A stretch of 64,000 nucleotides of DNA from an uncultured Lentisphaerales bacterium (GCA_943788985.1 CALSSJ010000036.1:32001-96000), one strand, 5' to 3'. Shown: positions 22,497 to 33,416, counted from the stretch's first letter. The notes: generated by a model not told the origin, from the sequence alone. Numbers and translations: made by a program.

Positions 22497-22670
22497 ACAG
22501 TCGCTTGCGCTTGGCTTGGCGATTTCAGATTGCAACCAAGTAGCTCGAGGAGCTTGGAGGTGCGAGAGCACCTCGGTTTATCTGCGACGCCCGCTGCGCC
22601 GTATCTGAACTCGGTACTCCGACCAGTTCAATTCCCCTATATCGCAAGTTCAGCGCAGCAGCGCGTTTTC

Positions 22671-24272
22671 TCACCGGTGGGTTAAATTAGTGCCATTACG
22701 CCGTAGGAAAGGGAGCGTCCGCAAGTACTCTGGGCTTAGGTCAGTGCCATTGTGCACTACTTCTCGGGCTTCTTCTCGGGTTTGAAGCTGGTGCTGTCGC
22801 TTTTGGAAGGCCGCTTCGATGGCGTCGACTTTCTCGGCGTCTGCTGCCGTGCAAACCTGAACTGCTGGGTGAGCTTCGCGTAGTGCCATGAGCCTGTTGG
22901 CGGTGACCGCTGTTTCGCTGAGGTAGAGTTTACCTAGGCGGGTGACTTCTGGCTGCGCAAGACCTGCATCGGTGAGGTCGGGGCCGTGGAGGTTCAGACG
23001 TTCGAGTGCAGAGACGCTGTTGAGCGTTGAGATGACTTGGTCAGCTTGCGAAAAACGGCTCATGTCGAGGGCGGCTAGTTTGGCTGCGCCAGACAGTTCG
23101 CTGAATTGGGCGGGAGAGGGGGCGATCCCACCAAACTTGAACTCGGTAATGTCATCTTTGAGTGAGACCAACTGCTGCCAAGTGGCGTCGGTCGGTGGCT
23201 CGGACAGGTTTAGGCGATCGACGTAGTAGCCAGATTTCTCAAGGCCTTGTGGGAGGATGAAAATGTCGGCCGCTCGCAATGCTGTGAGCAGTTGGTCGCG
23301 CTTGGCTTGTGCTGCTTACTGGGCTTGTTCATGTGCTTCGCGGGCCTGCTTTTCGACAGCTGATTCTGCGGGGCCTCGTGCACCGTTCGCAACCCAATGC
23401 GTGATGGTCAGGATCTCGTCTGCACTCGGACGGGGCTTGCCCTCCGGAGGCATCGCCATGTCGTGTGATTCGTGCAGCCATAATAGCTGAACCAAGTAGC
23501 TGTTGTGCGGCTCGCCCGGAACAATGGGCGTCTCTTCATTCTTACCGGCTAACAGCAGGTACTCATAGGAATCGACGCGATAGTCGCTTTTCTGTTTGTC
23601 TGGACCATGGCATTTGATGCAGTATTGCTGGAGGATGGGATCAATGGTGTGGCGATAGAAGTCGTCCTCTTCGACCACAGCCGCCGCCTGTTGCTCTGGT
23701 TCTTCAGGCTGGGCTTCGAGATGTTGCTTCAGCCAGGCAGGGGCATACTCGGTGAGATAGCTGGAGCCGTGCGTGAGGCTGCCGCCAAAGTGTCCAGCCA
23801 GTGACATGACTGCCAGGAGGACGACGAGAAGCGGTAGGTAGGCCTTGCCTGCTGCTCGATCGCGCTGCAGCTGGGCAGCAGCGAGCAGGATGGTGCCAAC
23901 AGCAAAGCCAAGGCCGAGCCACTTGTGCCGGTCCGCTGTTGGGCCGGTGTAGTCGCCGTTGGCAAAAAGAAACAGGCCAAGGCATGCGGCGACAATCGCA
24001 CTCAAAACGGTCAGGCTTAGGAGAAGATCCGCGGCGAGCCGAATGCCTGGGTTGCGCTTGAAGAAGTAGACTGCCTCCAGCAGGCAGAGACCACTGAAAA
24101 GTCCGATGGGCAGGTGCAGAGTTAAGGGGTGAAAGCGCCCAAGAAATTGGACCCACGAAGTGGCTCCAGCTTCTGCGCTGAGGCCGTCAGTCCAGAGAAA
24201 GGTCGTACCGAGTACGCAGCTGGCGCAGATGAGCCCAAGCCAGCAGGGAATGAGGAAGTCTTGCTTTGTCAT
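22671..24272 (-). pseudogene. Membrane (DUF2231-like) + planctomycete-type cytochrome c + leucine-rich repeat protein, interrupted by in-frame TAA at 23316-23318
   Basis: GRFHPLTLHLPIG, GHFGGSLTHG, CIKCH heme motif, MPPEGK, LRR-like LERLNLHG/LGKLYLSET; the two ORFs are in the same frame. Confidence 0.75.
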
Positions 24273-24276
24273 GCTG

Positions 24277-25731
24277 TCAGGCGAGAATCTCAGGAATGAT
24301 CTCGCCATGGTCATCGGTCAGGCGGACATCGTGACCGCTGTAGCGATAGGTGAGCTTGGTATGGTTGATTCCCATGAGATGCATCATATTCGCATGCAGG
24401 TCATGCACAGTTATTTTTTTCTCAATAGCCCGGTAGCCATAGTCATCGATGGTACTGTAAATGGTGCCGCCTTTGATGCCGCCACCGGCCAGCCAGATGC
24501 TGAATCCTTGGGGGTTGTGATCACGCCCATCCTTGCCTTGGGAAAATGGAGTACGTCCAAACTCGTCGCTAAAGACGATAAGGGTGCTATCGAGCAGCCC
24601 GCGCGATTTGAGGTCTTTAATGAGACCAGCGATCGGTTGGTCGACGGTGGAGGCGTTCCGCTCATGCCCATGGATCAGATTGCCATGTTGGTCCCAGCGA
24701 TCCGCGCCCTTGTCATCGGGCATAGTGAACTCGACAAAGCCAACGCCCTGTTCCACGAGTCGGCGTGCCATCAGGCATTGGGCTCCGTAGTTGCGGGTTT
24801 GGTCATGGGGGGCGTTCATCCCGTAAAGGCTTTTTGTCGCAGCGGACTCCTTGGAAAGGTCCGAGACTTCGAGCACTTCCATCTGCATGCGGAAGGCCAG
24901 CTCGTAGTTTTGGGCGGCGGTCTGGACTTGGTCGGCATGGTGATAGTGGTTGAGCAAGTCGCGGTCGATCTTGTCAATGAAGGAGAGCTTCTTCTGTTGG
25001 AGCTCGCTGACTTTCTCCTGGGGCAGGATGTTATTCATGACCGGGTGCTTGTGCGCGATGATGGTCCCTTCGTGATTGACTGGCAGGAAGCCGCTGCCGA
25101 AGGTTGGACGAGTCCGCCAGGGGGACGAGTCCGCCAGGGGGACGAGTCCGCCGTTGATGACTACGTAGCTCCGGAGATTCTGGCTCAATGTGCCCAATCC
25201 GTAGGAGAAACAAGCACCCATGCTCGGGCGGCCGGAAAGCATATGCCCACAGTGCAGTGCGTAGTTCGCATTCGGGTGATTGGGCGAGAAGGCGGTCATG
25301 GAGCGAATGACGCAGAGGTCGTCGGCGCAAGAGCCGATGTGGGGAAAGAGGCCGCTTACTGGAAGGCCGCTCTGGCCGTAGTTCTTGAATTCCCAAGGGC
25401 TCTTGAGTAGATTTCCTTTGCTGTTGAAGACGGTGGCGTCGGTCTTGAACTTGGGGAGCTGGCCGTTCTCTTTGTCCAGCTGAGGCTTGGGGTCGAAGGA
25501 GTCTACCTGAGAGACCCCGCCATCCATATAGAGAAAGATGACGCTGCGAGCCTTCGGCGCAAAGTGCGGAATGCGCGGCGCCAGCGGCGCCAGCGGCGCC
25601 AGCGGCGCCAGCGGCGCCAGCGGCGAATCTCCAGCCAGAACGTTGCCCTGCATCAGGTTCCTCAGAGACAGCATGCCGAAGCCCATGGAGCTGCGTTTCA
25701 GGAAATCACGGCGATCGATTGACCTATTCAT
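24277..25731 (-). CDS. DUF1501 domain protein with Tat signal
   Basis: RRDFLK, VIFLYMDGGVSQVDSFDPKP, CLMARRLVE.GV.F, WDQH, EFGRTP, GRDHNP. Confidence 0.88.
   Translation of the reverse strand: MNRSIDRRDFLKRSSMGFGMLSLRNLMQGNVLAGDSPLAPLAPLAPLAPLAPRIPHFAPKARSVIFLYMDGGVSQVDSFDPKPQLDKENGQLPKFKTDATVFNSKGNLLKSPWEFKNYGQSGLPVSGLFPHIGSCADDLCVIRSMTAFSPNHPNANYALHCGHMLSGRPSMGACFSYGLGTLSQNLRSYVVINGGLVPLADSSPWRTRPTFGSGFLPVNHEGTIIAHKHPVMNNILPQEKVSELQQKKLSFIDKIDRDLLNHYHHADQVQTAAQNYELAFRMQMEVLEVSDLSKESAATKSLYGMNAPHDQTRNYGAQCLMARRLVEQGVGFVEFTMPDDKGADRWDQHGNLIHGHERNASTVDQPIAGLIKDLKSRGLLDSTLIVFSDEFGRTPFSQGKDGRDHNPQGFSIWLAGGGIKGGTIYSTIDDYGYRAIEKKITVHDLHANMMHLMGINHTKLTYRYSGHDVRLTDDHGEIIPEILA
25106..25152. repeat. 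17-bp tandem repeat, about 2.8 copies (GGACGAGTCCGCCAGGG)
   Basis: Read directly; units start at 25106, 25123, 25140. Confidence 0.9.
25575..25625. repeat. 9-bp in-frame tandem repeat, about 5.7 copies (GCGGCGCCA), encoding (PLA)n
   Basis: Read directly; protein SPLAPLAPLAPLAPLAPR. Confidence 0.95.
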
Positions 25732-26200
25732 AGGTTAAACACGTAGATGAATTCTTTGCGGTTGATGACCACGTGGCAGAGCTCCTTCCAGGGCTCGACA
25801 CGCTGCAAGCCTTCCTCGGCGCTGATTTCCAGCATGGACGTTACTTCGCCGAGCAGAGAATGACACCAGGCAATCTCTGCATCGGTAGCCGCTCGCCCGA
25901 AAGCGTTTTGATCAGGGCCTTGGCTCACGCCTCGGCCTGTGCATGAACGAAGGGCGAATTGATCAAGGCGAGAGCTTGGCTAGGCACGTTGGTGATGTTG
26001 CGCTTTCCAGTGGCTGCGGTCGCATTAGGCATGCCAAAGACGGAGAGGAATGAGTCCAGGAAGTTGCGTCGAATGCCCAGGTAGACGGAGCGACGTCCGG
26101 CTCCATCCACAGGCCCGGATGGGGGCTTGCCGCGGGCTCCCGGTAAGTCATTTACGTAGACGTCGAGGCTCGGGCCCGCCAGGGTCCGCTTCAGGCCTGC
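25728..26200 (-). pseudogene. C-terminal remnant of a DUF1553 (PSD1) protein
   Basis: GPVDGAGRRSVYL..RRNFL..FL..F..P, NVPSQALALINSPFV, W..LCHV..N.KEFIYV; frameshift at about 25925, 5' part absent. Confidence 0.75.
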
Positions 26201-26405
26201 CAGAATTCTATCCCGGTAGGGCGCTTTGGCCAAGCTGGCGATGTGGCTACGACGGCAGCGTTTCTCTGTGACCCTGCGTCTTCGTTTCTCACTGGGCAAA
26301 CTCTCTGCGTAAATGGCGGACGTTCCACCACCTAGCGGTGCGCCAAGCGCTTGAAGGGCGCATGTTGTAAAATGCGCAAATGGAGACGGTTGGCAGCCTT
26401 TGCCA

Positions 26406-27794
26406 CTACGCTAAGTCCGACAGGCTTCTGCTAGGAGCCTGTGGTGCTACGCCAACCGGTCCCCCGGCCACAGGCTTCGGGCGCGTCGAATATCCGGGAA
26501 GGGACTTGCTGTAATCCGCGATCTGGACCGCGAGCTCCCTCGCCAGGGTAGGCTTGTCGGCCCACAGATCGCGCGTCTGTGCCGCATCTGTAAAGGTATC
26601 ATAGAGAGCCTGCTGACCGGTGACTGGGTTTTGCAGCAGCATGTACTCTTCGTGCCGGATCCCCAGCATCGGCCAGCCCGCGATGGCTTCGTCGTTGCCG
26701 CTGCAGTCTGCATTGCGCGACTCCCACATCATCGGCAAGCCACGCTTGAACTCCTCACCATGGAGGGCTGGCAGGGCACTGACGCCATCTGGGATCCAGT
26801 GAAACGGCATCGAGATGCCAGCCGCATCAAGCAAGGTCGGCACGAGATCAACCGCAGAGATCCAGGTGTCGTCGATCACGCGATCCGCTGGCGTATGTCC
26901 AGGCCAGCGCACGATGAACGGGACTCGGATCCCCCCATCGAACAGCACGTGCTTCTGACCGCGCAGACCACCGGTAGTGCCGAAGGTACCGTGCTCCAGC
27001 ATCGTGCGCTCCGGGCCGTTGTCACTGGTGAATACGACCAGCGTATTCTCTGCGACGCCCAATTCATCCAGCGCCTCCATCAGTCGCCCGATCTGTCGGT
27101 CAGCATTGTGGATCACAGAGTAGTAGGTCTGCTGTGGTTCCGGAAGGTGCTTGAAGGGCTCACGTTGCTCCTCCGTGGGATGCAGCGGCGTGTGCGGATC
27201 CTTGAGCCAGAGGTTGATGAAAAAGGGCCGATCTGAGTCCTCGTTGATGAAATCGATAGTGGAATCGACGACCATCCGGCTGGAGTTGGCAGCCCAGACG
27301 GGATCAGAGTCATTGAACAACGTGTGGGGCCAGGGCGTGGTCTCATGCCAGGTCGGGCCATTGCCGTTCCAAGTCCGGGTATCGTCGTAGCCGTAGTCCT
27401 TGACGAAAGGCGCGTCCGGATGGCCATGAATGCCACCACCACCACCGAGATGCCACTTGCCATAGTGGGCAGTGCGGTAGCCGTGGGTCTGCATCAATCG
27501 CGGCAATGAGGGAGCATCGGCATTCAACCAGTGTGGCATATGTCTGGAGGTGTTGGCATCATGGCGTGCAAAGTGTGCGTGCACCTCCCAGCGCCCGGGA
27601 TAATGGCCGGTCATGAAACTGCAGCGGCTCGGTGAACAAACGCAGCTGGCGACGTAGAAACGGGTGTAGCGCGAGCCTTGCGAGGCGAGCTTGTCGAGGC
27701 ACGGGGTCTGAATGGTCTCGTTGCCGTAGCAACCCAGGTCGCCGTACCCCCAGTCGTCAGCCAGGATGAAGAGAATATTGGGAGGGTCTGTCAT
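26406..27794 (-). CDS. S1 family sulfatase without evident signal peptide
   Basis: MTDPPNILFILADDWGYGD, CSPSR, YGKWHLG, FTSDNGP, DGGIRVP. Confidence 0.9.
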   Translation of the reverse strand: MTDPPNILFILADDWGYGDLGCYGNETIQTPCLDKLASQGSRYTRFYVASCVCSPSRCSFMTGHYPGRWEVHAHFARHDANTSRHMPHWLNADAPSLPRLMQTHGYRTAHYGKWHLGGGGGIHGHPDAPFVKDYGYDDTRTWNGNGPTWHETTPWPHTLFNDSDPVWAANSSRMVVDSTIDFINEDSDRPFFINLWLKDPHTPLHPTEEQREPFKHLPEPQQTYYSVIHNADRQIGRLMEALDELGVAENTLVVFTSDNGPERTMLEHGTFGTTGGLRGQKHVLFDGGIRVPFIVRWPGHTPADRVIDDTWISAVDLVPTLLDAAGISMPFHWIPDGVSALPALHGEEFKRGLPMMWESRNADCSGNDEAIAGWPMLGIRHEEYMLLQNPVTGQQALYDTFTDAAQTRDLWADKPTLARELAVQIADYSKSLPGYSTRPKPVAGGPVGVAPQAPSRSLSDLA

Positions 27795-27864
27795 CGTGCA
27801 TTCCGGGGAGTTGATAGCGCTGGAAAAAGGAGAGATGGGCGCACTGCTGCCAAAGACCTGGCAG

Positions 27865-28668
27865 CTATTCGCGGACGGCGTCCCACATCGTGTCGCGAAC
27901 GTTGCCTGTACTCGCCAGGTCACCGGCGGCGGTTTCAAGCGTCTGGTAAAAGGACAGCCATTCGACATGCCCGTCGAGTATGAGGTAATTGGAGCCTTTG
28001 GCCCCATGATGTCCCAACTGGGCTAGGGAGCTTTCAACGCCAGAAGGCTGGTCCGTACTCGTCCAATACCGGCCTAAGCTTTTTTGCGCACGCCATTGCT
28101 CTAGGATTCCGATCGAATCGCTTGGCGACGGTGTGATATCGATGCGAAGCGAGAACGGCGTGGCGGTCCGGGTCGCGTTATTACGGCCTGAAATCCCACG
28201 GGTACTGCCATAGATGTTACCTCTGCCCTTGGCGAGGAAACTGATCGTGTACGAGTTGGCAAGACAGTCTGGATCAGAGCCGTAAAATCTCGCTACGTCG
28301 TCTGACGGGCATCGGTAGATGGAACGATCCTTCCAGCCAGCGCTGCGACGTAATACATTCTGGTCTTGGTCCGCTCTCGTCAGACCACGGCCGTCGTAAT
28401 CCCCGAGTTTGTCATCCCACGAATGATGCGGGTAGGGACCGGGAAAGGCGGGACTCCAGGTCGTCGGCGCATAGCCGCCATTGTCATCGTTATACATGGC
28501 CATCGATAACCCGATCTGATACAGGTTGTTCTTGCAGGCCGTGATCCTGCCTTTCTCCTTTGACTTGGTCAAAGCAGGCAGCAACAGCGCGGCTAGAATT
28601 GAGATGATCGCAATCACCACCAATAACTCGATGAGCGTGAACCTGGTGTCAGCGCGAGCGAGCGGCAT
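27865..28668 (-). CDS. Prepilin-type N-terminal cleavage/methylation domain protein (DUF1559/H-X9-DG type)
   Basis: [51 protein letters not shown]. Confidence 0.85.
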   Translation of the reverse strand: MPLARADTRFTLIELLVVIAIISILAALLLPALTKSKEKGRITACKNNLYQIGLSMAMYNDDNGGYAPTTWSPAFPGPYPHHSWDDKLGDYDGRGLTRADQDQNVLRRSAGWKDRSIYRCPSDDVARFYGSDPDCLANSYTISFLAKGRGNIYGSTRGISGRNNATRTATPFSLRIDITPSPSDSIGILEQWRAQKSLGRYWTSTDQPSGVESSLAQLGHHGAKGSNYLILDGHVEWLSFYQTLETAAGDLASTGNVRDTMWDAVRE

Positions 28669-28967
28669 AGAGGACTCTCATTACGGGAAGGTGGGGCACT
28701 GCCGCAAAGACTTGCGGAGACGATCAGACAGTAGTGCAATTCACGGAATTGTGCAATCGCTTCAACGTCGAGGCCGCGCTCTCGCGAGTTTCGCTCCGTC
28801 TGAACAAGCCGATGGATGAAGTGCCATCGTCTACGGGGCTATTCACCCAACTTGTCAGACTCAGATCCGCTGGTGCGACCGGTTCGGGCATAGGCACGGC
28901 TTTTAGCACATCTCCTCGTCCTCTCGGAACCACGAGGAACAATGACAGCCAGCGAGAAACTCCACCG

Positions 28968-31769
28968 TCAGGCGGTGTAGCCTCCGCATCGTTTCCGTCG
29001 ATCACGCACGAAATTTACCAGCAAAACTGCTGGAAGCAACAGCCACATTGGTGGCGCGGGAGTGGTGAAGCCCAGTCCTGAGTCGCCTTTCAGTCGTTGT
29101 TTGTGCATGCGCTCCAGCATCTTCCATTGTGCGCTGTTCTCGACGACAATGTAGGACGACATCGGCACCATAATCCCGGTTTCCTGGCTTCTTTTCACGA
29201 ACTGCGCCAGGGTTTCCTCGGCTTCGGCCGGGTTTCTGCGGGCTTGCGAACTCCGCAACCAGAGGCCAAGGCTGTCGAGGTACGCCTGCTCCGTCACTTG
29301 CTCACTGGCAACCGGGGAAAATGCCCCTGTCTTCCCGTCATACACCTCCAACGGCCCGGGGGTAGTGCCGGGAAAACGCAGGAGGGAGTCGGTGGCATCT
29401 GCGCGCAGCACCCTGACCACGCCATTCATCCGCAGCGCGATCGCGGCGTTCACCAGGCTTTCCGGCTCAGCGTACAGCGTACCCACTTCGGCCCAACCCC
29501 GCTCGATCTTGGTGCCGTCCATAGGAAACAGCACCGGGTAGCTACGCCATTGTTCATCGTCGCCTGCCTCACGGGTGCGTTGCCACAGCGCGCGGCCAAT
29601 CGCATGCGGCATGCAACTTCCGCCAGCAACCGGCAGCCAGCACTGCTCGAGCGTTCGGGTGAGATCATCCGTTACCTCGAGGTCCTGCGCCTGATAGTTC
29701 ACTGCGGTCATCCGGAGATCATCAGTCTCCAGGCGCGTCATTATCTCCGAAATCCGCGCAGTCTCCTCCGCCGAGGTTGGCTTGTTCCAAGGGACGAATG
29801 CGTGGACGTACGGCCTCGGCTCAAAACGAGGCAGGCCAGTAAGCACCTCCGCGTTAAGCTGGACAAAGCTCTGCCCAGATGCTGCCCCGGTCAGCGCCGT
29901 CTGCTTGCCACCAAAGGATAATGCCCGCTCGCCGAGATATACCGTGACGGCCCGCCCCGCAGCTGGCGCAAACTCAATGTGCACGGTCCGAATCTCCTCT
30001 ATCGCAAAGGGATAGACGCGGAAATCCAACTGCGTGGGACTGTCGTAGCGCAGGAGTCCTGGATCCCGGCGCTCGACGTCCCGGATCTGCTTGTAGATTG
30101 CCGTCGCCGCACTGCGCTCGAAGATGCGCCCTGGCACGAGCTCCTCGCCCACCTCAAGTGCGAAGTCCGCAATCAGCACTCCCTCTGGAACGCGAAGCTT
30201 GGTTTCATACTCCGATCGATTGCCACCATCATTCCGCAGCAAGATCTTGTAGCGCACATTGGAATCTCCTCGCTGTGCCGGAATGCGCTCGATCTGGTGC
30301 AACACGACGTTCCGCTCCGGAGGCCTCACCGTCCAGCGTGCCTTGGGCTTGCTCTCTAGGCCTTCACCAAAGAACGCTTTGAAGAGTGCCGCGCTCCGTG
30401 CAGCAGACAGTACCATCCCATCAAAAACGATCTTCTGGCGGAGCGGATCGATCAATGGCACCCGGTCCTTATGTGAGCGCGTATGGCCCGATTTCAAAAC
30501 GGAACGGAGCAGTCGGTGTGAGCCTTGAAACTGCAGCGTCTTGGAGTAGTCGGGGCAGCTGTTGAAGGCAAGCGCCTGCCGCAGTACCACACGCTCGGCA
30601 TACAGCGTGCCAATCACACCTAGTGGAGCAACAGAAACGCCAACCGCGACGACCGTCAAAGCTACCGCCCTGCTCAAATTTTCAGAGACTGCCCGAATGT
30701 CTTCGAGAAGCAGCCCGAGGTGAAAGATAAACAAGAGGAGCGGAAATAGCAGCAAAACTCCCAGCCCCACGACTAGGCCCAGCACACCAACAGGAACGAA
30801 CGGCAGGAAGACCACAAAGAAGTACAGGGTGTACGGGAAGCAGACCGCTCGCACCGCCAGAATGCCCAGCCGGAAGCGCTTGCCACAAGCCTTGGCTGGC
30901 ATGACAACTGCGATGCCAGTTACGATGGCAAAGGCGTAGAACCATAGGCTTTGAAAGTTTCCAGGAAGCGGGATGACTGCATTCAACGCCAGTCCTGCTA
31001 GCGGGCCCACTAGCCCAATAACGATACCGGCCCCGGCCGCGACCAGAGCGCCGCACTTCCCCTTACTTTTGAATCGGATCCAGCCCATCAAACGAAGGAT
31101 GAGGATCATCTCCAGTGTCACGAAGGAGCAGCAAAGCAGAACAGCAACGGCCCCATCGAGGCGGCCGCCCCAGCTTGAGGCAAGGGAAACTACCACATAG
31201 CTGGTCAACGGCAAAGAGATTGCGCTTACCACGCAGACCCCAACGTCAACTGCAACAGGCTTTCCCGCATCGCGGCAGCTTAGCCAAACAAGGGCGTAGA
31301 GAATCCCGGGCATCGCTAGGCCAATACCCGAGACTTGGATCGAACCGGCGGACAGCATCCAGCGCGGAACGTTCCCGGTCACAAGTTCGTCAGCGGCGTA
31401 GAAGAGCAAGACGACGTGGCAGATCTGAATCATAAGAAGACCGACACAGGACCATATGCTCGGTGTGAAGGTCCGTGTTGGGGAGGAATCTTCCATATCC
31501 TCCCCCTCTACAGCAGCACTACGCGACAACCAGCCCGCGCGGGCCTGCCAGTAAACAGCAGAAAACGCGATGAGCACCAACCCTTGCATCACCATCACAC
31601 TGGCACCGAGCAGGGTCTCCGTCTCCGTGAGCTCACCAATGATCAGGTCCCCGTGATAGGTGAGTAGCGCCAGACTCGCGATGCTTGGCACAAGTCCGGC
31701 CCACACCACTAGGGCGGGATGCCGTAACACCGGGGGAATAAGATTACTTCGTGACTCAGCGGCTTGCAT
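28968..31769 (-). CDS. MSEP-CTERM-like exosortase K target: multi-TM N-terminus, VIT-like domain, C-terminal sorting signal
   Basis: Many N-terminal hydrophobic helices; IFERSAA..IY.QI...RRDPGLL..FRVYPF; C-terminus TPAPP-MWLLLPAVLLVNFV-RDRRKR; overlaps exosortase gene. Confidence 0.72.
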   Translation of the reverse strand: MQAAESRSNLIPPVLRHPALVVWAGLVPSIASLALLTYHGDLIIGELTETETLLGASVMVMQGLVLIAFSAVYWQARAGWLSRSAAVEGEDMEDSSPTRTFTPSIWSCVGLLMIQICHVVLLFYAADELVTGNVPRWMLSAGSIQVSGIGLAMPGILYALVWLSCRDAGKPVAVDVGVCVVSAISLPLTSYVVVSLASSWGGRLDGAVAVLLCCSFVTLEMILILRLMGWIRFKSKGKCGALVAAGAGIVIGLVGPLAGLALNAVIPLPGNFQSLWFYAFAIVTGIAVVMPAKACGKRFRLGILAVRAVCFPYTLYFFVVFLPFVPVGVLGLVVGLGVLLLFPLLLFIFHLGLLLEDIRAVSENLSRAVALTVVAVGVSVAPLGVIGTLYAERVVLRQALAFNSCPDYSKTLQFQGSHRLLRSVLKSGHTRSHKDRVPLIDPLRQKIVFDGMVLSAARSAALFKAFFGEGLESKPKARWTVRPPERNVVLHQIERIPAQRGDSNVRYKILLRNDGGNRSEYETKLRVPEGVLIADFALEVGEELVPGRIFERSAATAIYKQIRDVERRDPGLLRYDSPTQLDFRVYPFAIEEIRTVHIEFAPAAGRAVTVYLGERALSFGGKQTALTGAASGQSFVQLNAEVLTGLPRFEPRPYVHAFVPWNKPTSAEETARISEIMTRLETDDLRMTAVNYQAQDLEVTDDLTRTLEQCWLPVAGGSCMPHAIGRALWQRTREAGDDEQWRSYPVLFPMDGTKIERGWAEVGTLYAEPESLVNAAIALRMNGVVRVLRADATDSLLRFPGTTPGPLEVYDGKTGAFSPVASEQVTEQAYLDSLGLWLRSSQARRNPAEAEETLAQFVKRSQETGIMVPMSSYIVVENSAQWKMLERMHKQRLKGDSGLGFTTPAPPMWLLLPAVLLVNFVRDRRKRCGGYTA

Positions 31770-32259
31770 GGCTACCCCTCGTCATCACCAGTGCACTCAG
31801 CGCGGCAAAGCCACAGAGAAATACCGCGCATCCCGTAAGTAGATGAACGCCCGAGAAGAATCGCTCCGGCAGGAACCCGCCGGTTCCCGTGTGCACGTAG
31901 AATAGCGCTACGATGCGCATCGCATTGACCGTCACGGTCACTGCCAAGGCGATCGGCACAGCCGCAGCACACCGCGTGAGCCCAGGCAATGACTTCCAGC
32001 TGATCGCCAGAAAGGCGAAGACCAGACAGAGAAAGTCATAGCCGCTGCAGCTGGGCACCACCGTAATCGGACAGTTTGCCGCAGAAATTACCGGGTTTTG
32101 TGCGGCATCGCGGTTCAACTCGGCCCCGAGCATTACCGCGGCGACTTTAGCTGCTGGCACTGCCAGCGCGCTTCGCTTCATCTCGTCCTGCCCGATGCCG
32201 ACGATTGACAGCGCAATCGCTAATCCAGCGATGAAAATGGTTTCCTGCTTCCGATCCAT
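31756..32259 (-). CDS. xrtK: Short exosortase, probably exosortase K
   Basis: RBS GGAGGAG; Cys (SCSG), Arg (NAMRI) and His (GVH) triad in a 167-aa membrane protein. Confidence 0.72.
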   Translation of the reverse strand: MDRKQETIFIAGLAIALSIVGIGQDEMKRSALAVPAAKVAAVMLGAELNRDAAQNPVISAANCPITVVPSCSGYDFLCLVFAFLAISWKSLPGLTRCAAAVPIALAVTVTVNAMRIVALFYVHTGTGGFLPERFFSGVHLLTGCAVFLCGFAALSALVMTRGSHASR

Positions 32260-32364
32260 TGGGGCTCCTCCACTACTTGTTCGCGTTGACGACAACTATG
32301 AGTTCAGAATGCGAGGAAGCTGTGAGCGATTCGCGACCAGACTGTGAAATCAGTGTGAAATCCG

Positions 32365-33159
32365 TCAGATCGCGATGGGCGCGCGGATGTGCGGATGGGC
32401 CTCATAGTTCAGGACCGCAAAGTCCTCGAGTACGTAGTCGTTGATTGACTCTGGTTTACGAATGAACTCGAATTCCGGCAGCTCATAGGGCTGGCGCTGC
32501 AGTTGCATGCGCGCTTGGTCAAGGTGGTTCAGGTAGAGATGAACATCCCCGCCGGTCCAGATGAATTCTCCAGGCTCCAAATCGCACTGTTGCGCGATCA
32601 TGTGAGTGAGCAGGCTATAACTGGCGATATTAAACGGCAAGCCCAGAAAGGTATCGACCGAGCGTTGATAGAGTTGGCAGGAGAGCCTGCCCTTCGCCAC
32701 GTAGAACTGAAACATGACGTGGCAAGGTGCTAAGGCCATCTTTGGCAACTCCCCCACATTCCACGCCGAGACGAGCAGGCGCCGCGAGGTTGGATTGGTC
32801 CGAATCCCCTCGATCACCGCATCAATCTGATCCAAGGCATCCCCTGCCGCGGTTTCCCAGGCACGCCATTGCTTCCCGTAGACCGGCCCAAGCTCGCCGT
32901 TCTCATCGGCCCACTCATTCCAGATCCGCACGCCGTTTTCCTGCAGATAACGCACATTGGTATCGCCGCGTAGAAACCAGAGCAACTCCACAATCACCGA
33001 GCGCGTGTGAAGCTTCTTGGTTGTCAGTAGAGGAAAGCCCTTGCGCAGGTCAAAGCGTAGTTGTCTGCCAAAGACAGAAAGCGTTCCGGTTCCAGTACGG
33101 TCTTCACGGCGTGCCCCATTCTCGAGGACATCCGCCAGCAGATCTAAGTAAGCGTGCAT
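32365..33159 (-). CDS. thyA: Thymidylate synthase
   Basis: [38 protein letters not shown]. Confidence 0.97.
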   Translation of the reverse strand: MHAYLDLLADVLENGARREDRTGTGTLSVFGRQLRFDLRKGFPLLTTKKLHTRSVIVELLWFLRGDTNVRYLQENGVRIWNEWADENGELGPVYGKQWRAWETAAGDALDQIDAVIEGIRTNPTSRRLLVSAWNVGELPKMALAPCHVMFQFYVAKGRLSCQLYQRSVDTFLGLPFNIASYSLLTHMIAQQCDLEPGEFIWTGGDVHLYLNHLDQARMQLQRQPYELPEFEFIRKPESINDYVLEDFAVLNYEAHPHIRAPIAI

Positions 33160-33416
33160 AATTCGCGTTCCTGTTACAGCACATTCGAGGCAATCTAGCC
33201 TTTAATTTCCCGCAGCGCCCGTGGATACCGGTGAATTTTGAAAGAAATTCCGCAAACGCTGAAACCTGCGGGCATCTTCCCGCGTCATTACAGATAGGAG
33301 CCCGAAGGGCGGCCGTACGTCAGATACAAAGCGCCATTGGCGCAATCGTTACTCAAGACGCGCCAACCTCTTCGGGTTCCGGTATTTTCAGCCCAAGCCG
33401 ATGGCAGTTGGACATT

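Noticed and set aside
24160..25410. Long antisense ORFs (also 13189-14646, 15975-17285, 17565-19226, 46459-47436)
   Set aside because: Shadows of recognisable genes caused by GC-rich codon bias; no motifs of their own
25106..25625. Tandem repeats as a CRISPR array
   Set aside because: No spacers, intragenic, units too short, no cas genes
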